Of a stretch of 64,000 nt of DNA, positions 49,973-61,224 are shown piece by piece. Numbering within the stretch: the first letter of the stretch is position 1; the number at the start of each line of letters is the position of its first letter. This DNA comes from Callorhinchus milii (lineage: Eukaryota). Location of the stretch: contig NW_024704742.1 in NCBI RefSeq assembly GCF_018977255.1, positions 7,132,001-7,196,000 on the forward strand, read 5' to 3'. Under the pieces are notes generated by a model. It did not search any database. It was not told the origin of the DNA and worked only from the letters and a program-made list of their open reading frames with translations. The position numbers were made by a program, and so were the translations under genes.

Positions 49973-50289
49973 TTTAAATAAAAAAAAAGAATAAAACCGA
50001 TCCCTCTCCATTCGCTCACAGCTCGAGTGGCCTGCGTCACAAAACCAAGGCCTGTTTCTCAGCGCTGTTACTGAGGTTATTCAGCAATCTTTTGAGTTAT
50101 TGTTGCTTTGAGCGGCTGATGCACCAAGTTGCTTTGTTATTAGTTTCTTCTGTCATGCTGCCCTGACTGCTAATTCTCCTGTGAGGGCTTTCTTCCTCAT
50201 TATCCACGGGAGAGAAAGGACCTCTCTCTCTTTTTCTCTCTCGCTGTCGATACCAGCAACCACTACATCAAGGCGTGAAGCTGATGGAA

Positions 50290-50303
50290 GTTTCCATAGC
50301 AAC
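50290..50303. promoter_or_regulatory. RFX X-box motif GTTTCCATAGCAAC
   Basis: Matches the established RFX consensus and lies in non-repetitive sequence; function untested. Confidence 0.35.
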
Positions 50304-51021
50304 CTGCATCATTTAGGTATCCTGGAGCAGTATCGGAAGGGGGAGGATTGTGTTGCTGTATGAACTCTGTGAATCTAAAATGCTGCACTCGTTGGAATGA
50401 TGTACCTTCATCGCAAAGTAAGTCAAAGCACAACCTGCCAAACACCTACTTTTTAAACTGAAAGCAAGCGTTTGATAATAGAGAGTCAAAGCAGTGCCAG
50501 GAGAAGGTTCATCCACATCGATGAGCAGTATTTTGAGCAGCGTGAGTCAGTAAATGGAAGACGAACTACGTAAAGCATTACGTGCATCATCTATAGCGCT
50601 GACGACCATAGTTGGGATTTCCTATTACAATCGTGTGTATAACGCTGAATGGTATTTTTACCCCAAGTACTGCATTTGTGAGATATGCACAACACTGGGT
50701 CAAAGCACTTCAAATGAGCTGAAAACCAGCTCTTTTATTGTGAGTCATTCTTGCCATGGTATTCCAATGTAATGGCATTGTGTGAATAGCTGCTGTTTGT
50801 CTTCCATCAATGGTCCTGGGTAGCAGGGCTGTGGCTCATTTCTTTAATATTTATTTTACTTGTTAATGTTATTTTTGCTGTTTCCTGTGTTGAATAAATG
50901 CCGCAGCTCCCGCCTCTGCCACAAGATGATAACATGGTGAAGAAGCAATGAGTAATGATAATCATCAACACACAGACTCGCTGATTAATGCATTGCTCAC
51001 TTAGAGGATACGTGATGGGAT

Positions 51022-51195
51022 AGAGAGTGAGTGGCTCAGGGCAGTAGCAGAATGTTGTCATTTCACTTCAGGGACCTAGGTTTAAATCCATTCCAGATTG
51101 ACGGGATGAAAATCTCTTTCTGGCAGCTCTGAGGGACCTGACGTGAATTAAATTCAAGGCAGGCTCAGTCGTCAAACTGAAAGAGGAACAAAATC
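51022..51195 (+). mobile_element. LF-SINE-like 5' fragment
   Basis: TGGCTCAGGGCAGTAG..TTTCACTTCAGGGACCTAGGTTTAAATCCA..GACCTGACGTGAA..GGCTCAGTC resembles the recalled LF-SINE head and body. Confidence 0.55.
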
Positions 51196-51224
51196 CCTCC
51201 ACAAGTCGTGGGATCACATCTCTG

Positions 51225-51557
51225 TTAACCCTGCAAGCTAAAGCCCTCATGGATAGAATAATCCTATCTGGAAAAGCAGTGGGAAGCTTCCAAGTCAGTA
51301 TTTAGAAGCCGCACAGATTATGCTGGTTTAACTCTAGCAGTACCCCAACGTCCACTCTGGGGTCTCCAAGCCTTGACTCTTGCAAACCCCAACCTAATAC
51401 TTTTGGCGATGAGGTAAACAGAGTGCATCACTCTAGGATGAGAGTGTTCATTCCAGGCTTAGGTAGAATTTCCATATATAGGTAAAATACATATGTGGAA
51501 CTAAATCTGATCTACATACTCTTTAGCATGATGATGGGACACCAGGCTGACCAAAAT
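51225..51557 (+). mobile_element. Family X copy, diverged
   Basis: TTAACCCTGCAAGCTAAAGCCC..GACACCAGGCTGACCAAAA. Confidence 0.75.
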
Positions 51558-51739
51558 TAAATTGCCATTTCAACATGTTTCTGCTGACCCAGTTCTCTTG
51601 TACTCTGCTTAGTCATTCCTCAAATACAGCACCTCATCCTCGATGATGTCACCAGCTCACTCAGTTTGAAAAAAGTCACTGAAGGCAACAGAAATCTATT
51701 AACAAAAAAAACTATTACAAAAAAAAACCTGTAATGCTA

Positions 51740-51900
51740 TGACTGATCTGTACACCCAAGTATTGCTGACCAGCTAGGTTGGCTGGGATGTTATTGTGGC
51801 TCCGCCTGGCTCAGGAACCCGGCTACCACAGAAAACTGACTCAATTCAAGTGTTCCATTGCAAAGCAAAGCATGTCACCTTGGAGGGAGCACAGCTCCAA
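51740..51900 (-). mobile_element. Family X 5' fragment
   Basis: CCTGGCTCAGGAACCCGGCTACC..CATTGCAAAG..CATGTCACCTTGGA, shared with 49260-49345 and 53200-53276. Confidence 0.55.
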
Positions 51901-52669
51901 AGAGATCCCACTTACCTCCCCCTTTCCTCTTCACTGTGTCTGAGGTCCTGCATTCCAACTGGGAGTTGAATCTCATGCACTAATCCACAATTCCTCAGTG
52001 TACGCACACTCTGTTTTGCTGCATTTAGTGTGTAACCCCAGCTGAAACCAAAACCCTGCTATGAAACCCCAGCCATAATATTCAACTATGCGAAGCATTC
52101 CCGGGAAGGACTGAAAATGGGAACGCACGTCGGTAGAAGTTTGAGAATGATATGTTGCCTGAATACAATTGTAATTTTATTTGATTCAATTATTCAGAGC
52201 AATTGGTAATGTTAGGAATTTGCAATCTGCAATACAAAAAAATCTGGGATAGTCTTTTTGTGCCAAACACAAAAATTATGCGTACTGATGCAATAGCTTA
52301 AGAGGATAACAGAGGCTTGGACCTCAGTTCCAGGCACGAATACATTGTGGATAACATCACAAAGCACAAGAGCAAAGCTTCGGTGGTTTACAGTCTCCAT
52401 CTGAGCCTCCATATCATGTCACTCCTTTGAAACATACTCTTGATGACTTGCTACTGCTTTCAGTAAATACAATATTATACAGATAGACAGACGTACCACA
52501 TGCTTTTCAATTATGAAAAATTTTGAATGGTGAAGTAGTCAGTTGATGTGTCACTGATCAGAAAATGTGAATAAATCTCTCCTGACTTGAACAGCAGAGA
52601 TGAAAGGTTTTGCTTTACAGTTTGATGTATAAAAATGTATAAAAAATGAATGTATATTGTAACAATAAT

Positions 52670-53055
52670 AATTCTAATAATACTTTGCATTTGATATAGT
52701 GCCTTATGTCTCAAAGTGCTTCACAGGATATACTGTAAGGTAAATTGTCTGTGTATTTTGTAGGCAAAATGCGGCAGACGGTTTGCTCACAGTAATGTCC
52801 CACAAGCAGCCATGGAGTGAATGATCAATTTTATCTGGGGAATTGTTGTCCAGACCATTGAAAGAAACGCCCTTCTCTTTTCGAATCGTGCCTTGGGATC
52901 TTCATTGTCCACCTGAACGGGCAGAGGAGATCTTGGTCTAATGACTTTTCTGAAGAATGGCAACTCTAATGATGCAACGCACAATACTTGAGTGTCACCT
53001 TAGATTATATGAGTTAAAAGTCCCAACATGGGGCTTGAATCCACAAACTGGGTTC
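52670..53055 (-). mobile_element. Older DeuSINE, near full length
   Basis: Tail at 52670; TTCGAATCGTGCCTTGGGATCTT..CCACCTGAACGGGCAG..GGGGCTTGAATCCACAA. Confidence 0.8.
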
Positions 53056-53119
53056 TGGGCAAATCCATTGCCCTGGAGATAAGCGGGATCTCTTTGGAGC
53101 TGAACAGGCTCCCTAATGG

Positions 53120-53276
53120 ATACTGGTCTGACCTTCCAAATCCTGCTGGTGAGCCAGGCTAGCTGGGCTGTCATCAGTGGTGCCCCGGAGTACTGCTGTC
53201 CCACCTGGCTCAGGAACTTCACTACCAAAACCGCAGTAAAGGTGGTGATTCTGACACTCCTCTCCCAAACATGTCA
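53120..53276 (-). mobile_element. Family X 5' fragment
   Basis: ACTGGTCTGACCTTCCAAATCCTGCTGGTGAGCCAGGCT matches 2480-2520. Confidence 0.6.
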
Positions 53277-53654
53277 CATAAGAATATAAGAATTTGCTAG
53301 GTCGAAGTAGACCAAGGACCAACCAGTTCGCCTTCCACCATCCTGGCAGTCACATGACATGTCGTGTCCAAATTATATATTATATCCCAAGATATTATGT
53401 CCGAACGGAAATCTATCCAATTTCTTCTGGAAAGAATCGACTATATTTTTCTGGTATCTGCAGCACTCCTAAGTAATTTGAGTTTGCTAGTGGAAAAGTG
53501 ATACCATTATTTAGTCTATAACCTTTATTATATACCTACAACTGCTTGTGTAATAGTTTTTCCTCTACTTTTCTGGGAGCCAAAGGCAGTTTACAAAATA
53601 AATTAAACTCTTGCTCTCTCCATCATGGAGCACAAGATTCAACATCAACATTCT

Positions 53655-54053
53655 GACCAGTCACTGGGAGCAAGGAATCCTCCCACTCAGCTCTCATTAA
53701 CCCTGTAAGCCAAAGCCTTTAACGGGTAGAGCGATCCTAGTTGGACCACAACAGGAAAGCTCGTCAGAGAGCAATATCAATGGCAAGCTTTGCAGTTTTA
53801 ACTGGTTAGACTCCAGCAGTTACTCCAATGCACATTCTGGGTCCCCAAGCCTTGGCTCTTGCCAACCTGCTTCTAATATGCTTTGAATAAGGTAAGCAGA
53901 TGCTTCCTTCCAGGGAGAGAGTGTGCATTCCACTCCAAACATGGGAATTTCTATGTGTAGGTGAGATGCATGGAATTCTCAGTTTGGTTTGGATGCCCTT
54001 AAACATGGCGATGGGTTTCAACATGTGCCAGATACCGGGCTGACCAAAGAAAA
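53655..54053 (+). mobile_element. Family X copy
   Basis: GACCAGTCACTGG..TTAACCCTGTAAGCCAAAGCC..CCAGATACCGGGCTGACCAAAGAAAA. Confidence 0.85.
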
Positions 54054-54837
54054 CACATTGTCCTGAAGTCAGGGGTGTTCATTCCCAAGCCTGTCACTGA
54101 GGACATCTTTTTAGCACAAAACCTGTCACCAAGGACAGGTTTCAGTGCTGTTTAATAGTCCAGGTGATAATTTACTCAAATGCAAAGATTATCATCACAA
54201 TCATGTCATAACACATTGAGAGCAATGGGACACGGTTTGCAGTGTTTCATAAAAAAGGGACCATCCCCTGTTTACCTGCTGGACAATTAATGGCAGCAAA
54301 AAGCAAAAATGAAAGAACGATCAATCATAAAATAAAAGTAGGAGACAGCCCTGCAAATTCATCACCAGTAAACATTGCAGTCAGGCTACTCCTAGGGAGG
54401 GTGCAAAAATATAATTGTTTTGTGGTGGAGCTAGAGGAGGTGGTGGGGAGCACGGTTAGTGAAAGCACACTGAAGGAGAGTTTGCAGATGTGTCAGGTAT
54501 TGAATGTTATTAGTTGGGAGATTCTGCACAGCACTGAGAGGAATGAGGCTGCAACCCAATCCATCATGTGGCAACCCCCTTTGACATTTCAGCCCTTGCA
54601 GACTGTAAATTTCCTTCTGAGAGCGTCTTCCTGGAACACCTGCATCTCTGCATAAACCTGCTGCGAAATGACAAGAAAGTAGGTGTGTGCCATAAAACGT
54701 TAGGAAACGTCAGGGTTTGGAGATGTTTGAGTTAAAAAGAAATAATCCTTGCGTTTTCGTTATGGGTTGAAGCAAAATCAAATCAAAATCAAATCAAAGG
54801 CAGGACGAAGCACAGGTCAAAGGGAAATCTCTGAGTG

Positions 54838-54935
54838 ATAATAATAATAATCCTTGCATTTGATGTTGTGCCTTACCACGTCTTCGAGACGTCTCAAAGG
54901 CTGCACAGGATAAACCATAAAGTGAATTGAGCCAG
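54838..54935 (-). mobile_element. Young SINE tail
   Basis: Tail consensus. Confidence 0.8.
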
Positions 54936-55295
54936 TATAAATAAGCAAGAAGTTTTCCCATTATGGCTGTTGGCTCCACATTAACAAAGAGATACTCAGC
55001 CCTCAATGCACCACACTATCTAATATTCTTCTCCCTTCATTTTAACATTGAAAGCAGGCTGACTATTTATAGTTGTTTTTGACCTAGTCAGGTTTTTTGA
55101 CCCATTTTGGATAGAGCTGCAAAATGGACAGTCACAACCACAAGTACACAGTAACTTCACTTTGCATTAAAATCCTGCAAAGTGCTTTGGGATGTCCACT
55201 CGACTTGAAAGACACTACACTAAATGCAAGGATTACTAGAATAACTACCCTTACTGGTAATGGTGAACACTGACCTAAGCAGCTCGGCATATTTT

Positions 55296-55580
55296 AGCAG
55301 TAAGCAGGAGTTGTTGTTGTAGTTGTAAGTTGTTGTAAGTAACAGTAAGTTGTTAGTCGATTGATGGATCGCTTTTCCAGGGGTAATAGTTTCTTTAAAA
55401 AAAACTGGTCAATCCACAACTGTTTGTGGGACACTGCTGTGCGCAATTGGCTGCTGTGTTTCGCCCACAAAATATACAGTTAATTCACTTTACAGTATAT
55501 TCTATGAAGGGCTTTGAGACGTCACGAAGACGTGATAAGGCGCTATATCAATTGCAAGGATTATTATTATTATTATTATC
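55296..55580 (+). mobile_element. Young SINE long form, headless
   Basis: TAGCAGTAAGCAGGA..GTTAGTCGATTGATGGATCGC..tail. Confidence 0.85.
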
Positions 55581-56379
55581 AAACGAGGCAGGAAAAAGCT
55601 TAAAATGAATGTCTTTCTGCCTGTTCAGCATGGATGTTAAAGATTCCATGTCACCTCCAGGTAAATCAGTCGTTCACTTCTTGCTGCTTTGGTAAGTGCT
55701 TTGTGCAAATTGGCCCCAAAAAGTCATTACACTGGCCAGCAATTACCTGTGAAATGTTTTGATGTTCATAGGCGTCATATCAAGTGTAAGAATGTTGTTT
55801 GCATGCCACCTGATGTACAAAATGTAGATTGAAAATATTCATGATTATCAGAATTCCAATAGGCTTATCATTAAAACTTAACACTGAATGTACTTCCTAA
55901 CCAATCTTCACTCTTACAATGGAGTACCTCATCCATTACCCTTGTCATTGATTCCCTGATTGATTCCATAATCAGGGACTAATTCGTTGGTAGCTGTTAA
56001 TTAGTCTGCGGTAATAATAATATCAAGCTCAATGGGTTCACTGCCAGCACAAGCCGGAAAACATTACTGACCTCAAGGGAGTTAAGAATATTCAGGACAG
56101 ACACAACCCAAACACAATCGAGATTTGCAGTGAGAATCGATGCAGTGAATGGAGTTTCTCCCAGTGTCCTGCCCAATAATCTCTTTGATAAAATTGATCC
56201 ATACACTAAATGTGAGGCATTTAGTGAGAGACGAGCAAAAAAAGATGGGGCAAACCAAAGGGAGAGAAGAGATTCTTCCTACTAAAATTAAATATATTAA
56301 TGTCAATTTATATGAATTAATTTATGGAAAATATTACAATGTGGCAGAATGTATACAAACTAACCTGAGAAATTTCAGG

Positions 56380-56600
56380 AGATATTTCTTATCCTCAAGA
56401 AGGTACAGAATAATCCCTCCATTTGGTATAGCCACCGAGTATAGTGACTGTATTTGTAGGCAAACGTGCCAATTTTCAGATAGCAATGTCCTACAAACAG
56501 CCTTGAAGCAAATGATCAACTTTATCAGGGGAATTATTAGACAGGACACTGGGAGAAACTCCCTACTCTTTCTGATTAGGGCCATGGGATCTTTAATGGG
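56380..56600 (-). mobile_element. Older DeuSINE 3' part (continues at about 56945-56980 after the nested SINE)
   Basis: CAGGACACTGGGAGAAACTCCC..GCCATGGGATCTTTAATG; resumes TTAATGTCTCATCTGAGGGACG. Confidence 0.7.
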
Positions 56601-56605
56601 CCCTC

Positions 56606-56935
56606 GTGGAGTCCTGTAGCTCGGTGATTAGAGCACTCGCTTTGCAAGCGAGAGACCTGAGTTCAATTCCAGGCAGAGGGCGAAACCTTGGGCAAGTTTC
56701 CTTACTCCACACACCTAATAATAATCCCTCCAAAAACCCAAAACAATAATAAATTGGTCATTTTCAATCTATGACTGTTTGTGGGACACTGCTGTGCGCA
56801 ATTGGCTGCCGCGTTCGCCCACAAATATACAGTCAATTCACTTTACAGTGTGTTCTGTGAAGCGCTTTGGGACGTCCTTCCGACGTGAAAAGTGCTATAT
56901 CAAATGCAAGGATTATTATTATTATTATTATTATT
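56606..56935 (+). mobile_element. Young SINE short form, full length (nested)
   Basis: GTGGAGTCCTGTAGCTCGGTG..CTTTGCAAGCGAG..(ATT)n. Confidence 0.92.
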
Positions 56936-58211
56936 GAAAAGGAAGGTGGATTAATGTCTCATCTGAGGGACGTCATCCCCAGTTGGATTTGACCTTGATG
57001 TAGGGGCGTAAATGATAATATACACCAACCTTTAAAAAAAGGTCAAAAGCGTAGCGTGAGCTAGATGTTCTTTGCTTGTTAACATTACAGGTTTCCTCTC
57101 CCTCCACCTAAACTAAGAGCTGGCCTGAGTACCATTATGCCATCCTTGTTGTTTTGTTTATTTAGTTTGAAGGAATCAATGGGGTCATTTATCAGGACAT
57201 TTCCTGAGAAACAGAGGAGGATATGCACTCGCCTGCCTTGGTTCCCAAATTTATTGATTGCTGGCACTTACACTTGACCACAACAACTGATTTTGTTATT
57301 TCAGAGAGGCAGCTCTGTGGCGCCGATGTGTCCAGGGAGATCGAACGAACAACCTGTGCAATTCATTTAGGAAGACGTGAATGGTAAAGCTAAGGAGAAT
57401 GTTCGGAAATATTGGCATTCATTCACCTTTTTTTTCAAGTTAAGGAAGTCAATGCCAATGACCAGCTGCTTGAGTTAGTTCTCTGCTTAAAAGGAACCTG
57501 TCATCTCATCATCTCATTGTGATTAAAGCCAGATTAACTACTGTATAAAGAGGAGCCTTTATAATGGCGCCAAAGGCCTGTTCATCTTCAGGTGACAGCA
57601 GTGTTTTCCTCTTACGGGAAATCGAATAAACTAAAGGTATCTGATAGAATTGGTTAGTGCTGCCCTGCCCTTTACCCCAATCACATGGCTAGAAATCTTT
57701 AATAATGCAGCATCGGAGCTCCCTGGTGCAATGTAATAACATTTTACTTCTCATTCTTCATTGATTATCTCCAACTATCACGTCCTTGTCATCTGGAAGA
57801 AACCCTATTCATCTGCCTGGACATCTGTGTAAATTTAAAAATACATTCTACTTTGGGCTACGTATTTATCAGTGGGCGATGTTGCTTCCGTGTAACACAT
57901 TTTGCTCATCACGTGAAGCCATTGTATTTATTCTCAGCTATACTGATGCATATTTGTGACCCGCTCGAGAATCTAATAAATACATTTGATACAGTTCCTT
58001 TCATGTTGAGAGGATGTTGCGAAGCCCTACACAGGATTTACTGTAATGATTGCTTCTTTGGAGGTGAACACTGCAGCCAATTTATGCACAGCAAAGTCCC
58101 TTAAATAGTCATGGAGTGAACAATCAATTTTATTTGGGGGATTGTTGGTCAGAACTGAAGAAATTTGAATAGATGACCACAAAATTAGGTTTTGCAGTCA
58201 ATAAGCTACAT

Positions 58212-58675
58212 ATCACCCCAATCTTCACTCGGTTCCACTGGCTCCCCATCCCCCAGAGGATTTAGTTCCAAGATCCTTGTCCTGACTTTTAAATCCCTCC
58301 ACGGTCTTGCCCCCACCCTATCCGTGTGACCTTTTTAAACCCTCCTCACCCACCAGTGTTCTCTGCTTGGCAAGCACTGAACTTCTCCAAGTTCCCTCGC
58401 ACTGCCTTACCCCATCATCAGTGGTCGGGTCTTCAGCCTTCCCACCCCCACTCTCTGGCACTCCATCCTGGAGTACCTTTGCCTCGTCCCTTTCTTCGCC
58501 TCCTTCAAGATCCATCTCAAGATCTTTCCCTTTGGCCATACCCCCACTCACCTTCCCACTTCCTACCCCAACCCCTCCTTGACCCCCACCCCTCTCGAAT
58601 CCATCCTCCAGCACCTTGGGATGCCTTCCTGACATGGAAGGCACTAAATAAATGCAATTTGTTGTTGTTGTTGGT
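58212..58675 (+). mobile_element. L2 3' end
   Basis: ITPIFTRFHWLPIPQRI..KILVLTFKSLHGLAP; tail AAATGCAAT(TTG)n. Confidence 0.85.
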
Positions 58676-58934
58676 GTAGCATCTTTTCACATCAAAACAA
58701 CTCAAAGTGCTTCATGTAGTTTTCCTATCAGGTGTAGTGACTGTGTATTTGTAGGAGCATATGCATACAATGGGATATAAGGCTGCCTTTAAGAGGTAAA
58801 AGGGAAACACAAGTCTGTTTTCTTATAGTAGATTTAAATGTGCTCACACAACCTCAAATTGTCATCAGCATGTATAGCGTAAATGAAATAATATCCCAAT
58901 ACCGTCACAGCTAAAACAAATACTTAGAAATGCT

Positions 58935-59300
58935 GTGTGCTAGCCTGGCTCCGTTGGTATTACTCTCGCTCTCAAGTCAAAAAGTTGTGGGTTCAAGTTC
59001 CATGTTGGGACTTGTTGGAGGTGCCGGCTTTCAGATAATCTGTTGTTCCATCTGCCTGTTCCGGTGGATGTAAATGACCCTATGACTCTATTCAAAAGGA
59101 GAAGAGAGTTTCTTCTGGTGTCCTGGGCAACAATCCCCCAAAATAAAATTGGTCATTTGTTTTTTGGTTGTCGGACATTGCTGTGTGAAATTGGCTGTTG
59201 TGTTCTCCCACAAATACACAAGTCACTCCTCTTTACAGTAAATTCTGTGTAGCTCTTTGAAACATGAAAGGTGCCGTATCAAATGTAAGGATTATTATAC
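58935..59300 (+). mobile_element. Older DeuSINE with internal deletion
   Basis: AGCCTGGCTCCGTTGGTATTACTCTCGC..GTTGTGGGTTCAAG..tail. Confidence 0.75.
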
Positions 59301-60106
59301 CAGACAATAAAAGACTGGTCAGAAGTCTTTAGTTCCCCTTCTTGCATCCTGGTAGTCGCATGTTACAAAGGAGGCCTATTGAGAACATCATCAACTAATA
59401 GAACGCATAAACTTTCCACACGTAATGAGCTGTGAATATTTTGCATCTAATGAATGCTATAGGAACTGTTTACATATTAATGTGGTTTAATCAAACACTT
59501 CCCTTGACGTAAAATGGGCATAGAAAGTCGCATTCTGCTTCAGGCTGGCTGATTCAGTCTTCTTGTTGCCGGATAAGAGATGGGCTGAGTTGGACTACGG
59601 TGACTAACGGTGCTTAAATTATTTAGGAGTGAATTATTTGTCAATCATTATCCCTAGCCAGCAAAAGAACCTGATGGCAACTGTCCTGAACTATACTGCA
59701 TCAAAGCTCAGAGTCCAAGTAAACAAATTGACAAGGAAAAATTAGCACGGCCATCCTAATCTATATTCCTAATGCTTAACAGTTGGTTTGTCTTCAGAAC
59801 AGTGTATTTCATTGAATTTATTTTTCTCCCTGAATGTTTTAGCACCCATAAAAAACTTCTCAGGGGCTCGCAGTGGGAGCACTGCAGCTCGATAACCCCA
59901 ACACTTACACATATGCTTTACGGCACAATGTTGCACTAACTGTCCTGAGAAATGGCCAAATTGTTCTTGGAGGTACACAAATCCTTGAGCAAGGCTTGAC
60001 AACCACCCAGTGGGCAAAACACTGGAGGTGCTGGAAATCTGAAATAAAAACAGCAGTCGCTGGGAACACACAGGAGGTCAGACAGCATCTATGGAGAGAG
60101 GAAATT

Positions 60107-60145
60107 GAATTAACGGTTCAGGTCGATGACCTTTCATCAGAACTG
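60107..60145 (-). ncRNA. Minimal type I hammerhead ribozyme motif (GAAA mutated to GAAC)
   Basis: Minus strand CAGTT-CTGATGA-A-AGGTC ATC GACCT-GAACCGTT-AATT. Confidence 0.55.
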
Positions 60146-60164
60146 CTCTGACTGCTGTTCTGTT

Positions 60165-60202
60165 CAGTGCTGACGAAAGGCCATCTACCTGAAACGTTAA
60201 CT
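60165..60202 (+). ncRNA. Minimal type I hammerhead ribozyme motif (weakened stems I and II)
   Basis: CAGTG-CTGACGA-A-AGG CCATCTA CCT-GAAACGTT-AACT. Confidence 0.55.
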
Positions 60203-60424
60203 TACTTTCCTCATATATATATATATAAAATATATATATATAAAATATATATGTGGCTCCCTATATGCAGCCTGACCTGCTGCATGTTCCCAGGTCTGTA
60301 TTTACATTTGATAACCCAGTAACTGGTTTGCCTCAGCCAGTGAGGGCAGGAGCCATCTTGTAACCAAACACAAAGCACTACCTGAATCAGCCTGCCATCA
60401 CCTGGCAGGGGCTGAGGGGGGCGG

Positions 60425-61203
60425 TGTGGAGTCCTGTAGCTCAGTGGTTAGAGCACTCGCCTCGCAAGCGAGAGACCTGGGTTCGATTCCCGGCAGGGTG
60501 AAATGTTGGGCAAGTTTCCTTACTCCACGTGCTTCTGTTTTCCTAGCAGTAAGTAGAAACTTGGTTGTTAGTCGATTTTCTGGGGGAATAATTCCTTAAA
60601 AAAAATGGTCACTTTAATCCACGATTGTTTGTGGGACAAAATATACAGTCAATTCACTTTACAGTATATTCTGTGAAATGCTTTGATCCTCATCCTCACC
60701 TTCGAATTCAAGATCCTCATCCTCACCCACAAGGCCATTCACGGCCTCGCTCCCTCCTACCTCTCCGACCTACTATCCCCCTACTTACCTGCTCGTACCC
60801 TCCGTTCCTCCGGCTCCGGTCTGCTCCACATCCCCCGCCCCAACCGCCCTGCCATCAGTGGCCGGGCCTTCAGCCTCTCAGCCCCGAGGCTCCGGAACTC
60901 CATCCCTCAGTGCCTTCGCTGCCTCCTCCCTTTCCTCCTTCAAGGCCGGTCTCAAGACCTTTCTCTTTGACCGTACCTTCAGTTCCCCTCTCGACTCTCT
61001 ACCCCCTCCTCGCTCCCTCCCTTCCCTCACCCTGACCATTTCCCCCCTGCTCGGGTCCTAATCTGATCCTGACCCAACTGTCCAGCGCCTTGACGTGAAA
61101 GTCGCTCTATAAATGAAATCTTGTTGTTGTTGTTGTTGTTGAGACATCTCAAAGTCGTAATAAGGCACTATATCAAATGCAAGGATTATTATTATTATAT
61201 TAT
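60425..61203 (+). mobile_element. Young SINE long form (60425-60686 and 61140-61203), split by L2
   Basis: Cleanest head TGTGGAGTCCTGTAGCTCAGTGGTTAGAGCACTCGCCTCGCAAGCGAGAGACCTGGGTTCGATTCCCGGCAGGG. Confidence 0.9.
60687..61140 (+). mobile_element. Young L2 3' end
   Basis: EFKILILTHKAIHGLAPSYLSDLLSPYLPARTLRSSGSGLLHIPR; (TTG)n tail. Confidence 0.92.
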
Positions 61204-61224
61204 CACCTGCAGTGGGAGATAAGA

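Larger units (their letters stand above)
60014..60310. mobile_element. Inverted pair of Penelope-type pseudo-LTR fragments
   Basis: 60014-60145 is the inverted homolog of 60164-60310 (the latter with an (AT)n insertion). Confidence 0.7.

Noticed and set aside
56149..56619. 156-aa ORF
   Set aside because: It begins and ends in inverted DeuSINE fragments; no protein-like signature.
60429..60500. tRNA-Ala gene call (also at 51, 15263, 19987, 40982 and 56606)
   Set aside because: Each continues into a SINE body and tail, lacks an oligo-T terminator and lacks G3:U70; these are SINE heads.
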